DNA of 64,000 nucleotides from Candidatus Marinacidobacterales bacterium. Its GTDB lineage: Bacteria; Acidobacteriota; Vicinamibacteria; Marinacidobacterales; SMYC01. Made by a program: the position numbers and the translations under genes. Each line of letters starts with the position of its first letter. Position 1 is the stretch's first letter. The DNA lies in assembly GCA_965224085.1 (NCBI GenBank), contig CBDCYI010000004.1, forward strand, positions 928,001-992,000, written 5' to 3'. Under the pieces are notes generated by a model. The model saw only the letters and a program-made list of their open reading frames with translations, was not told the DNA's origin and searched no databases. Below are positions 11,071-20,899 of this stretch, in pieces.

Positions 11071-11313
11071 CGGTTTTCCTCCTCGACGAGACGGCGCGGC
11101 AGGTACTGTCCTGCGCGCAAAGTTGAGTTTAGTCCGTCGCGAGCGTGAAGGCGATTCTCAACAGGGGGATGTAAGGACGCCGATATAGACCCCGACGAAA
11201 AGCGCTAGAATCACTTGGCGCGGGACGACGGGACAAGCAATGGCGACCACAATCGGGACGATCGACCAGAAACCAGCATGCTCCATCGACGCCTATTCTA
11301 CGGAAACCGCAGT

Positions 11314-12327
11314 ATGAGCTCAGCCGATTTCGCACACGCCCTTCCGGATGCCTACTTTCTCGACGCGGCCGATCTGGAAGGGCTCGAGCGTTACGCACGC
11401 CAGCAAGGATTCATCGGACCCACGCAATCGCTTCATAGCGCTCAAAAAGCGGGCGAAGGCAACATGAACCTCACCTTGAGGCTCACGACGGCGGAGGGCT
11501 CGCTGATTCTGAAACAAGCCCGCCCGTGGGTAGAGAAATATCCACAGATCGAAGCACCCGCGCAGCGCTCGCTGGTGGAGATCGCGTTCTACGAGGCTGC
11601 GGCAAAACGCCCCGCGCTGCGTGACGCGATGCCTCTATTACAAGGAAGCGATCCGTCCTCGCGGGTCATTGCTCTCCAAGATCTAGGAGAAGCCCTAGAC
11701 TTCACACCGCTCTACGCGGGGAAGACGCTGACGCACGCGGAACTCGACACGCTCGTCGCCTATCTCGGAGCACTCCACGAAGCGTGGGACTCCCCGCTTC
11801 CGGCTGTCTTCGCGAATCGGGAGATGCGGGCGCTGAATCACGAGCATATCTTCCGGCTCCCGCTCGCGAGCGACAATGGTCTCGAGCTCGACCCATTCAC
11901 AACGGGACTCCAAAAAGCGTCCGAGGCATTGAAGACAGATCGCGTCTACGTCGATCGCGTCACGAAGCTCGGAGAGATGTATCTCGCCGACGGTGGGCAG
12001 CTCGTCCACGGCGACTACTTTCCAGGAAGCTGGCTTAAAACGGCGAGAGGCATCCGCATCATCGATCCCGAGTTTTGTTTCACCGGCCCCGCGGCGTTCG
12101 ACGTGGGCGTCATGCTCGCGCATCTCTATCTCGCCGACCAGGCCGGTGCCGAAGATGTGCTCGAGCTCTATCCCGGTAATGGTGAGGTTACAGCGCTCGC
12201 GCGCCAGTTCGCCGGCGTCGAGATCATGCGGCGGCTCATCGGCGTTGCTCAGCTTCCTTTGAGCTACGGCATCGAGAGAAAACGTGAGCTTCTCGAGCTG
12301 TCCCGCGAGCTCGTCCTATCCGCGTGA
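11314..12327 (+). CDS. Methylthioribose-kinase-like phosphotransferase (APH/choline kinase fold)
   Basis: GEGNMNLTLRL, ILKQARPWVEKYP, LVHGDYFPGSW, IIDPEF. Confidence 0.8.
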   Translation: MSSADFAHALPDAYFLDAADLEGLERYARQQGFIGPTQSLHSAQKAGEGNMNLTLRLTTAEGSLILKQARPWVEKYPQIEAPAQRSLVEIAFYEAAAKRPALRDAMPLLQGSDPSSRVIALQDLGEALDFTPLYAGKTLTHAELDTLVAYLGALHEAWDSPLPAVFANREMRALNHEHIFRLPLASDNGLELDPFTTGLQKASEALKTDRVYVDRVTKLGEMYLADGGQLVHGDYFPGSWLKTARGIRIIDPEFCFTGPAAFDVGVMLAHLYLADQAGAEDVLELYPGNGEVTALARQFAGVEIMRRLIGVAQLPLSYGIERKRELLELSRELVLSA

Positions 12328-12517
12328 CGCGCACGCCGGGACGCTTCGCCGCGCGTGCCGTCATTCTTCTCACGGTGGGCTGGCTCGGCGACACGGTCGG
12401 ACTGCGCACCGCCTACATGTGGTGCGGCGGATTCGCGCTGCTAGGGCTGCCTTTTGTCTTTCTCTTGCCGAAGAGCGTCCCCGAGTGTAGACTCCCGCCA
12501 AATAAAGAAGAGCCAAT

Positions 12518-14248
12518 TTGAAGCCACGGAGAAGCTCGATGACACGACTCGCAAAGATATTGGCGGTTTTCGCTCTCTTGACCGGTTGCACGGGTCAGGA
12601 AGCGAAAGAGCCGGCCGAACTCATTCTTCGAAATGGCAAAGTCGTGACGGTCGACGAAGCACTCCCCGAGGCGCAAGCCGTGGCGGTGAAAGACGGCAGG
12701 ATTTTGGCCGTGGGAAGTGACAGCGACATCGCAGGCCATATCGCCGAAGCGACCGAAGTCATCGATCTCGAAGGCCGTCTCGCGATTCCCGGCTTCATCG
12801 AAGGTCACGGACACTTCATGAGCCTCGGCAACGCGAAGATGATTCTCGATCTCACGAAAGTCACGAACTGGAACGAGATCGTTACCATGGTCGGCGACGC
12901 GGCGCGCGAAGCCGAGCCGGGCACGTGGATCTCGGGCCGCGGCTGGCATCAAGAGAAATGGGACGCGATCCCGCCGGGGGCGATCGAAGGTCTACCCGAC
13001 CACACGGGGCTGAGCGAAGTGTCACCGGACAATCCCGTCATTCTCGGACACGCGAGCGGCCATGCCGCTTTCGCGAACGCGCGTGCGATGGAGCTCGCGG
13101 GAATCGACCCGAACACCCCCGATCCTCCGGGCGGGACCATCGTCAAGGGATCTGACGGGGATCCAACAGGAGCGCTCCGCGAAACGGCGCAAAGGCTCGT
13201 GCGCAGAGTCTTTCAGGACTATCTCAACCAGCGCTCTGCCGAAGAGAAGCGCGCAGACGCCGAACGGCGCGTCGAGCTTGCAAGCCGAGACTTACTCTCG
13301 AAAGGCATCACGAGTTTTCACGATGCAGGCGTAAGCTTCGGGACGATTGATTTTTACAAAGAGATGGCCGAGGCGGGAAAGCTCCCCGTGCGACTCTACG
13401 TCATGGTGCGGGGCGAGTCGAACGCGGCGATGGACGAGCAGCTTCCCGCGTACAAGATGACGAACGCCTATGACGGCCACTTGACGGTGCGTTCGATCAA
13501 ACGGCAAATCGACGGCGCTCTTGGCTCTCACGGCGCCTGGCTGCTCGAGGACTACGCGGATCACTATTCGGCCGGTCTCGTTCTCGAGACCGTCGAGGAT
13601 ATCACCGGCACGGCGGAAGTCGCGATCAAATACGGCTATCAAGTCAACACCCACGCTATTGGCGATCGCGCAAACCGCGAAGTGCTCGATATCTACGAGA
13701 AAGCTTTCGCCGCGGACGCGAATGACGGTAAAGAGCTGCGCTGGCGGATCGAGCACGCGCAGCACATCGATCCCGACGACATCCCCCGCTTCTTCGAGCT
13801 CGGCGTCATCGCAGCCATGCAAGGCATCCACTGCACCTCGGACGCGCCGTGGGTCTACAAGCGCCTCGGCGACGAGCGCGCCGAATCCGGAGCTTACATG
13901 TGGCGCGACCTCCTGGATTCGGGCGCCATCGTCGCGAACGGCACCGACGTCCCCGTCGAAGATGCCGATCCGCTCGCGAGTTACTACGCCACCGTCACAC
14001 GCATCACGAAAGACGGAAGCGCATTTTTTCCCGACCAAGCGATGACGCGCGAGGAAGCGCTCGAGTCCTACACGCTGAGCAACGCCTACGCCGCGTTCGA
14101 GGAAGACGTTAAAGGCTCCATCACGCCGGGAAAGTATGCCGACATTACCGTGCTCTCGAAAGACATTTTAACCATCCCCGCCGAAGAGATCCTCGAAACG
14201 GAAGTCGTCTACACGATCGTAGGTGGCGACGTCCTTCACGCACCGTGA
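12518..14248 (+). CDS. Amidohydrolase family 3 (YtcJ-like) lipoprotein
   Basis: LTGC lipobox; PGFIEGHGH, DGALGS, HAIGDRAN, RIEHAQ, GTDVPVE. Confidence 0.92.
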   Translation: MKPRRSSMTRLAKILAVFALLTGCTGQEAKEPAELILRNGKVVTVDEALPEAQAVAVKDGRILAVGSDSDIAGHIAEATEVIDLEGRLAIPGFIEGHGHFMSLGNAKMILDLTKVTNWNEIVTMVGDAAREAEPGTWISGRGWHQEKWDAIPPGAIEGLPDHTGLSEVSPDNPVILGHASGHAAFANARAMELAGIDPNTPDPPGGTIVKGSDGDPTGALRETAQRLVRRVFQDYLNQRSAEEKRADAERRVELASRDLLSKGITSFHDAGVSFGTIDFYKEMAEAGKLPVRLYVMVRGESNAAMDEQLPAYKMTNAYDGHLTVRSIKRQIDGALGSHGAWLLEDYADHYSAGLVLETVEDITGTAEVAIKYGYQVNTHAIGDRANREVLDIYEKAFAADANDGKELRWRIEHAQHIDPDDIPRFFELGVIAAMQGIHCTSDAPWVYKRLGDERAESGAYMWRDLLDSGAIVANGTDVPVEDADPLASYYATVTRITKDGSAFFPDQAMTREEALESYTLSNAYAAFEEDVKGSITPGKYADITVLSKDILTIPAEEILETEVVYTIVGGDVLHAP

Positions 14249-14613
14249 AGCGCGACATCGATCTTCTCCGCCGCATTCTGCTCGATCTCGAAAGCGGCAG
14301 CTCGAATGTGCGCGGCACTAATGACGACGACGACGGCGGCGAAGATCCGCAAACGCGCAACTACCACATCCAGCTGCTGCACGACGCCGGTCTCATTGTC
14401 GCCGACGAGCTCGTCCCCGGCCAATGGTGGCCGGAGCGGATCACGTGGGCGGGTCATGAATTTCTAGATCTCGCCAGGAACGCCTCCTCGTGGGACCGAG
14501 CCAAAAGCAACGTCGAGTCCAAAGTAGGCTCCGCCCCCTTCGGCATCGTCCAGGAGCTTCTTGCCCGCGACATGCGCAACGCTTTGAGCTCGGCGCGAAC
14601 GAAGAAGAAGTAA
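14245..14613 (+). CDS. DUF2513 domain protein
   Basis: MKRDIDLLRRILL, YHIQLLHDAGLI, ITWAGHEFLD. Confidence 0.85.
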   Translation: MKRDIDLLRRILLDLESGSSNVRGTNDDDDGGEDPQTRNYHIQLLHDAGLIVADELVPGQWWPERITWAGHEFLDLARNASSWDRAKSNVESKVGSAPFGIVQELLARDMRNALSSARTKKK

Positions 14614-14717
14614 TATGGCGAATGTCCTCGCCAGAGGACATTCGCCGGTGGCGATCAGGAACCGGGAGTACGGTACAAGTAGCTGCGTCGAAGCCATTTA
14701 GCCGTATTCGTTCAATG

Positions 14718-14733
14718 TGGCACGTGAGGTGCT
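14718..14733 (+). promoter_or_regulatory. Putative sigma-54 (-24/-12) promoter
   Basis: TGGCACGTGAGGTGCT, GG-N10-GC, upstream of a GAGGAGG RBS and a lipoprotein gene. Confidence 0.55.
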
Positions 14734-14757
14734 ATCACCCAAGCGAGGAGGATGTTA

Positions 14758-15135
14758 ATGAGAAAGATCAAGCTCACCGCCGCCATAGCTCTTGTCGTCA
14801 TCGGGAGCGCCTGTGCCTCGAAAACGGTCAACGACGTCATGGCGGACCCGCATCGCTATGCCGATCGCAACATTGCTCTACGGGGTAAAGTCATCGAGAG
14901 CTATTCCGTTGCCGGCACCGGGTTCTATCGTTTAGAAGACACGACCGGCCGCCTCTGGATTTTCTCCAAAAAAGGCGTGCCCCGAAAGGGCGCACGGGTG
15001 GAAGTCAAAGGAAAGATCCATGACGGCTTCGATCTGTCCTCAGTGGGAGGTTTCCTGAGGCTGCCCGAGGGGATCCGCGAGCGCATCGACTCGGGCTTGC
15101 TAATGGTCGAGAGGTCGCACAAGGCAAGAAGCTGA
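14758..15135 (+). CDS. Small lipoprotein with probable OB fold
   Basis: Signal peptide with GSAC lipobox; LRGKV, YRLEDTTGRLWI, VEVKGKI pattern; strong RBS. Confidence 0.75.
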   Translation: MRKIKLTAAIALVVIGSACASKTVNDVMADPHRYADRNIALRGKVIESYSVAGTGFYRLEDTTGRLWIFSKKGVPRKGARVEVKGKIHDGFDLSSVGGFLRLPEGIRERIDSGLLMVERSHKARS

Positions 15136-15177
15136 CCACCCGACTGGAACCTTTCTCGGAATCCTCTGACTATGGCG

Positions 15178-15977
15178 TTACGGCGTCGCGAAAGCGTTCG
15201 AGCATAACCCTTGCTTCGGGTGTGTCGTGTCCCGCTCCGATGAACCACTCGAGCTCCTCGAGAGCCATGTCGCGAGAGCCGGGGAGTCGAGCTCCCACAT
15301 CGCCCAAAGCTTGGCCAGCTCGCAGCGCGACCACTCTTCCTTGTCGTCCAGCGAACGGAGCGCGTGTTGTAACACTTCGAAGGGCTTCTCTGCCGAGCGC
15401 GCGGAGTTAGCCGACTCCCAGTGGCGTCCCGGTTCCGCGTCTCGAGAAGTGAGGTAGCCGATGAGGCCCGCCAGATAGAGTTTGTCCACACTGTAGTTGA
15501 ACACTTCCTCTTTCGAGACCGTTGTGTAGGGATTGAACGCGGCGCCGGTGACCTGCTCAGAGTAGAGGGCGCTCTCGAGAGCCTCGGCAACAGGTTGCTC
15601 GACCTGGTAGGTATCGGGCTTCAGCAGGCGGTGATCCGTGTAGAACACGAGCCACAGCGTCTCGCCCTCTTGGCGCTGCTCACTTATGATCATCGGTTGC
15701 GGACTGACCGCGCCGGCGGGAGCCGAGCCTTCGTGCTCGTTGAGCGTTTCGAGCATCTTCCGCGCGCTCTCGGTCGAAAGCGGTTGGGCCAGTGTCGTCA
15801 GCTCGCGAAGCGGCGCCCACATCTCGTCGTACGACCCAAGAGCGGAGGGCACGATAGTAAGACCGCCGGGCGCGGTTTTGTCGTCCGGCCTCGTCGCCGC
15901 CGGCGTGTCTGTTTCTCGTGGTCCCGAATCGCAAGCGAAGCTAAGAAACGCCGTCAGTGCCGCAAGCGTTCGCGTCA
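15178..15977 (-). CDS. Hypothetical lipoprotein (3' end may be degraded)
   Basis: MTRTLAALTAFLSFAC lipobox inside ORF 15178..16131; genome-typical codon use. Confidence 0.5.
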
Positions 15978-16103
15978 TACGCCCGATGCGCCGGACCAGT
16001 ATCGTAGCGGGACGGCACTTTACCCCCATGCTCACCTCTTTTTTTGGAATGCTTCCATCGTGAGCGCGGTCGTCTCTGGTGTCAACCTCTTTCTTGCGAC
16101 TGG

Positions 16104-16170
16104 GAGGGCCTGCCCGCCTAAGCTTTAGCATCAGAGGGCCTGCCTCGCCGAAGCTTTAGCGAAGGCGGGG
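16104..16170. repeat. Two tandem REP-like palindromic units
   Basis: GAGGGCCTGCCCGCCTAAGCTTTAGC (16104-16129) and GAGGGCCTGCCTCGCCGAAGCTTTAGCGAAGGCGGGG (16134-16170). Confidence 0.6.
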
Positions 16171-16174
16171 CCAG

Positions 16175-16290
16175 TCACCCGAAGCGACGCGCCGACTGTC
16201 GACGGGCAACGCACCTTTCAGGTGCAGCTCGTGGTTGAAATAGCCGACCTTCAACGTCCCGTACAAGACTACGAGGGTCAAAGGCCCGCC
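16175..16290 (-). pseudogene. Gamma-glutamylcyclotransferase (AIG2-like) N-terminal remnant
   Basis: LVVLYGTLKVGYFNH matches the FVYGTLKxGxxNH motif; directly downstream of GGT. Confidence 0.5.
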
Positions 16291-16321
16291 CTTCGCGACG
16301 CGAAAAGAGCTTCCCGCGCCA

Positions 16322-18172
16322 TCAATAGCCGAGCGAATGCGTTTCGCGCCGCACGTCACCCGCAGCTATCATCACGCCCGTTTCCGGATCCCGATAGGTC
16401 ACGGTGAGCGCCCCGGTTCGCCAATTCCACAGTCCAAAGGACTGCACGTTATGGCCTTTCACGCGCAACGCCTGAAAAGTCGCCGTCGGGATACGCGCTT
16501 CGACGCGTAGCACGCCGGGGTGCTCGTTGACCTCGCTCCCGGTGCCGGGAAAGTTATAGCTCCCGAAGCGCGGCTGGTCGACTGCATGCTCCGGCGACAT
16601 GCCCCACACGCTGACGTTCAAGAAGACCTGGAGCATTGCCTGCACTTGCTGGTCGCCACCCGGCGTCGAGAGTCCCATGAAGGGCTTCCCGTCTTTCAGG
16701 ATGAGGATAGGGGTGTTGGTGTTGCGCGGGCGTTTTTTGGGGGCCATGACGTTCGCGAGGCTCGGGTCGAGATTGAGCTGGCCCATTCGGCCGCCGAGGC
16801 CGAATCCCCAAGCTGGGACGAGCGGCGTGAGCATGTGACCGTCGCTCTCGGTCATGGAAAATACATTCCCTTCCGCGTCCATCACGTTCAAAGAGGTCGT
16901 GTCCGGACGCGACCCTCCCGCTTGCCCCGAGCCGGGTCCGGCGAAGACTTCGGGCGAGTCCGTCGCAACGTTTTCCATGTTCGCAGGATCGCCCCAAGGC
17001 GGCATATCTCTAAAAGCTTTGTCCCGGTCGACGAGCTCCGCACGCTTGCGGCCATAAGCTTTCGTATAAAGCCCGCTCGGCACGTCCACGAAATCGGGAT
17101 CGCCGATATATTTGTGGCTGTCGGCCATGGCGAGCTCGATGACTTGCGAAAGTACGTGGATATATTCGGCGGTGTTGTAGCCGAGCGCTTCGACGTCGAA
17201 GCTTTCGAGCATGTTCAGGATCAGGACGAGCCGGGGTCCTTGGGACCAACCATCGCAAACATAGACGTCATAGCCGCGAAACGTCGTGTGGAGCGGCTCC
17301 ATCCAGCGGCTCTCATAGCCCGCGAGATCGTCGTAGCGCACGAGACCGTCATCGAAGCCTTCATAGAGCGCCGCCGCCGCGCGTGCAGGCTCGCCTTTGT
17401 AGAACGCGTCCCGAGCCGCGCGAATGCTCTCGGAGCGCGACGCGCCCTTCTCGAGCGCTTTCGCTTCGCCGTCCATCATGTAGCGGATGAGCCGTCCCAG
17501 GTCTTTGTTGACCATCAAGTCCCCGAGCTTCTGATCGCCCACGCCGTTCGGATACCAAAACTCGACGTTGTACGGAAACCGGGTAATCGCATCCGGCTGT
17601 GCATCGAGAAGCCCCTTCTGGTGCTTGTAGAGGTGATAGCCCCCCTCAGCAATCTCGAGAGCCGGGGCCACTGCGTCCCGAAAGCTGAACGTTCCGTATC
17701 GATCGAGCGTAGAAAGCCACACGTCGACATCGGCAGGTATGAGCGCGATACTCGTCCGCGTTTTTCCGTGCTCCAGGAAGTGCGCGAGCGTCGCTTTCGC
17801 AGGTGTTTTCCCGGCCCCCACCCGGGTTATGACCCGCCCTTCTTCAGCGCTATAGAGGATCAAAGGCGCCACGCCGGTCCACCCGGCAAAGCCCATCTTC
17901 ATGACTTTCAAGGCCATCGCGGCCGTCACGCCAGCGTCGAAGGCATTGCCGCCTTTCTTGAAAGCCTCCATACCGGCGAGCGTCGACAAGTAATGCCCGG
18001 TCGAGATGACGCCCCGTGTGCCCATGACGCGAGCCCGCATCGCCTCTATGCTGTCATTGTCGTAGACGTGCCCGTAGGCGCCGAACGGGCCGAGCGTCTC
18101 GAGAAGCTTGCGCTCCTGCGAAGCAGCCGTCGTCGCCAGAAGCACCATTCCCAATAGCCATGGACGTTTCAT
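16322..18172 (-). CDS. Gamma-glutamyltransferase family protein, secreted
   Basis: GGNAFDAGV, DTTSLNVMDAEGN (nucleophile Thr), PKKRPRNT, STPGGDQQVQ. Confidence 0.92.
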   Translation of the reverse strand: MKRPWLLGMVLLATTAASQERKLLETLGPFGAYGHVYDNDSIEAMRARVMGTRGVISTGHYLSTLAGMEAFKKGGNAFDAGVTAAMALKVMKMGFAGWTGVAPLILYSAEEGRVITRVGAGKTPAKATLAHFLEHGKTRTSIALIPADVDVWLSTLDRYGTFSFRDAVAPALEIAEGGYHLYKHQKGLLDAQPDAITRFPYNVEFWYPNGVGDQKLGDLMVNKDLGRLIRYMMDGEAKALEKGASRSESIRAARDAFYKGEPARAAAALYEGFDDGLVRYDDLAGYESRWMEPLHTTFRGYDVYVCDGWSQGPRLVLILNMLESFDVEALGYNTAEYIHVLSQVIELAMADSHKYIGDPDFVDVPSGLYTKAYGRKRAELVDRDKAFRDMPPWGDPANMENVATDSPEVFAGPGSGQAGGSRPDTTSLNVMDAEGNVFSMTESDGHMLTPLVPAWGFGLGGRMGQLNLDPSLANVMAPKKRPRNTNTPILILKDGKPFMGLSTPGGDQQVQAMLQVFLNVSVWGMSPEHAVDQPRFGSYNFPGTGSEVNEHPGVLRVEARIPTATFQALRVKGHNVQSFGLWNWRTGALTVTYRDPETGVMIAAGDVRRETHSLGY

Positions 18173-18279
18173 TGCTGGACCCTCCCCTCATCGAGATTTC
18201 TATCACATCTAGCCTATCCTGATTAATAAATATTCGGTGTCCTCCCCGGCGTGGTATTTAATGTGCTTAGGAGGTTGTC

Positions 18280-19455
18280 ATGAAAGCCTGGCCACAGATG
18301 ACTCTCGCGGGCGGCCCCGTGCAGCTTACCGACCGCACCCTTCGAGACCAATCCCGTCCCGTGCTGTATCACTACGATCCCGCCTTCATCGAGATATTCA
18401 GCCACACGTGTGACCTATTGAAGAAGGTCTACCGAACGAAGTATGACGTGATCATCATGCAGGGCGAGGCCATCCTCGGGCTCGAGGCCGCGGCGGCGTG
18501 CTTGTTGTCGCCTGGCGACAAAGTGCTCAACCTCGTCTCGGGTGTTTTCGGAAAGTGGTTCGAGCTGTTCATCGAAAAATACGGGGGTGAGACGATCGAG
18601 CTTGCCGTGCCTTACAACGAAGCGATCGACCCCGATACCGTCCGCAGAACTCTCGAAGAAAACCCCGGCATCAAGTTTCTTTCGGTCGTGCACTCGGAGA
18701 CGCCGTCGGCAACGGTCAACCCCATCGAAGCTATCGGCGCGGTCGCGAAAGAGTTCGGCGTCCTCACGATGGTCGACACCGTGTCGGGATTGGGCGGAGA
18801 GCTCTTGAGCCCCGAGGATTGGGGGATGGACATCGCCGTTGCCGGGCCGCAGAAATGTCTCGGGGGGCCCCCGGGGCTTTCCATGCTGTGCGTGAGCCCT
18901 CGAGCTTGGGAAGCGATGGAGTCCAAGAAGAGCCCGCTCCGAGGAAGCTTTCTCTCGATTCTCGATTGGCGCGACACATGGATGGCCAAGAAGATCTTCC
19001 CCTATACGCCGTCGGTCACGAACATCTACGCCCTGGAGTCGATTCTCGAACAAGCTCTCGAAGAAGGGATGGAGCACATGGCGATGCGCCATACGACGAT
19101 CGCGAAAGCCGCTCGGCGCGGTGTTGCGGCGATGGGGCTAGAGCTTTGGGCGGCGCGCGAAGAGATCGCCGCGTCTTGCGTCACGGGTGCAGTGATGCCG
19201 CAAGGCGTCGACGACGAGAGGCTTCGAGGACGCTTACGCGATCGCTACGGTGTCATGATCTCGGGAGGCTACGGTGAGCTCGCCGGCAAACTTTTCCGGC
19301 TCGGCCACATGGGAATGGCCGCGCATCCGACTTATCTTTGCGCACAGCTCGCCATGCTCGAGCGCACTCTCGCGGACCTTGGTGTGGCTGTCACGCTCGG
19401 CCAAGGCGTTGGCGCAGCGCTCGCGTCGCTCGCAGACTGGGGAGAAAGCGCGTGA
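18280..19455 (+). CDS. Class V PLP aminotransferase, pyridoxamine-pyruvate transaminase-like
   Basis: VLYHYDPAF, ILGLEAAAA, VPYNEAIDP, HSETPS, GPQKCLGGPPG, FPYTPSV, RLGHMG. Confidence 0.85.
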   Translation: MKAWPQMTLAGGPVQLTDRTLRDQSRPVLYHYDPAFIEIFSHTCDLLKKVYRTKYDVIIMQGEAILGLEAAAACLLSPGDKVLNLVSGVFGKWFELFIEKYGGETIELAVPYNEAIDPDTVRRTLEENPGIKFLSVVHSETPSATVNPIEAIGAVAKEFGVLTMVDTVSGLGGELLSPEDWGMDIAVAGPQKCLGGPPGLSMLCVSPRAWEAMESKKSPLRGSFLSILDWRDTWMAKKIFPYTPSVTNIYALESILEQALEEGMEHMAMRHTTIAKAARRGVAAMGLELWAAREEIAASCVTGAVMPQGVDDERLRGRLRDRYGVMISGGYGELAGKLFRLGHMGMAAHPTYLCAQLAMLERTLADLGVAVTLGQGVGAALASLADWGESA

Positions 19456-20055
19456 AGACTTCCGTCCTCGCGACGCTCGTCCTCACCGCCGCCACGCTTT
19501 CGGAAGCTCGCGTCGTGCGCCTTGCGATCACCGAGCGCGAGAGCGTGCTCTCCGGCAAAGCTTTCGAGCTCGCCGGCGATGACGCGCGCGCGCGGCGACC
19601 CCGGCCGCGCCTACGCCGCGTCATTGCTCGTCAACGTACCGACGAGCGCAGCGAGCCTGGAAAAAGCGCGTGCCTTTTCTGCGTCGCTCGAGCCGAGCCA
19701 CCCGCAGGGTGTAGTTTCCTTTTGGGAGATGTACGCCCAGCGCACCATAGAGGATCGCCTTCCGGCGCTCGGCATCACAGGCCACATCGTGCCGGGAGAT
19801 CTGGGAGGCGCGCTCGCAGCGCTTCTAGTCGATGCCATCGAGGACGGAAGCCTCCTCGAAGAGGCGGGGCTTCAAAAAGGTGACTTGCTTTTCGAAGTCG
19901 ACGGCGAGCCTTTCTTCAACGACAGCACCGTTTTCGAGCTTCGCGCGTGGCTCGTCCGCGAGCTCGACGCTCGTCCTCGAAAGATGGCTTTGCGCGTTGT
20001 TCGACGCGGTGCCGAGCTCTCGCTCCATGCAACCGCTTCGCTAGAACCGTTCTAG
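19452..20055 (+). pseudogene. Chimeric remnant: alpha/beta-hydrolase-domain protein N-terminus joined to a PDZ-like C-terminus
   Basis: VKTSVLATLVL..EARVVRLAITERESVLSGKAF, then in another frame EEAGLQKGDLLFEVDGE..LRVVRRG. Confidence 0.55.
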
Positions 20056-20741
20056 AAGAAGCTCATCTTCAACGCGACGTTTGCCGCGAACCCGTCGAGC
20101 CGGTTTTGGAGGCGCCCTGCGCCTCCGATGAAACGGTAGCCGCCCCCGACGCTGAACCGGAATGTTTCGGAGATGTTGAGGATGACGTTTACCTCTGGCT
20201 CGGCAACGAAGAAGCTCGTTTCTGTCGCGAAGATATCTTCGACATCGAAATCGTCGGAGAAGCGCCGCCCGAGCTCATTCACGAAACCAGGCACGTTCAC
20301 ACGAAACCCAGAACCGCGAAATCCGGGAACGTCATTGGGGAATCCGCCGCGGCCGGAATCGCGATCGAATGAGGGAAAGCCCGAATCAAGGGATGCGCTG
20401 CCGCCACCCACGAGCCCCCGTACCGAGATATTCACCAAGGAGCCTTGGTTGATGAAGTATTCGAAGACACCGCCGCCATAGGTCATCTCGTCGGCGCCGG
20501 AGCCGTTCGCGAGCGTATAGACACCGCCTCCGATGAGAAACTTTTTGTCGATGACAAAGCCGCCGTAGCCGCCGACGAGGCTCGCGAAGTCGCCGTTCAC
20601 GTCCGTGAACTTGAAATCCGGAGCAAAGAGAAAGCCGCTATCGACGTCACCCTGCAAGAGAGTTTCGGTGCTCACCGAGCCTTGTGCCGAAGCGAGAACA
20701 GAAATTGACAGCAGCATCAACGTAGTCAACAAGATTCGCAT
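20052..20741 (-). CDS. Secreted / outer-membrane beta-barrel-like protein
   Basis: Signal peptide MRILLTTLMLLSISVLASA; alternating Gly/aromatic strands; terminal Phe; GGAGG RBS. Confidence 0.7.
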   Translation of the reverse strand: MRILLTTLMLLSISVLASAQGSVSTETLLQGDVDSGFLFAPDFKFTDVNGDFASLVGGYGGFVIDKKFLIGGGVYTLANGSGADEMTYGGGVFEYFINQGSLVNISVRGLVGGGSASLDSGFPSFDRDSGRGGFPNDVPGFRGSGFRVNVPGFVNELGRRFSDDFDVEDIFATETSFFVAEPEVNVILNISETFRFSVGGGYRFIGGAGRLQNRLDGFAANVALKMSFF

Positions 20742-20769
20742 GATGTCGTATGCCTCCGCGCGAACGGTT

Positions 20770-20785
20770 TGCAGCATCCGTGCCA
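20770..20785 (-). promoter_or_regulatory. Putative sigma-54 promoter
   Basis: Minus strand TGGCACGGATGCTGCA, GG-N10-GC, about 30 bp upstream of ATG 20741. Confidence 0.65.
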
Positions 20786-20899
20786 GCGTCGCGCGAAGGC
20801 CCAACCGCAGCGGTGTCTCCGGAAGTGGACGTGATGTCATTGAAAATGAACGGCTCATAGCGTAGTCTCCCTTCTTCACGCGAAAGAGGTCACGACCAT

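Noticed and set aside
16520-18157. 545-aa plus-strand ORF (similar long ORFs at 23573-25201, 22400-23572 and 13292-14038)
   Set aside because: Antisense shadows of well-supported genes, expected at high GC
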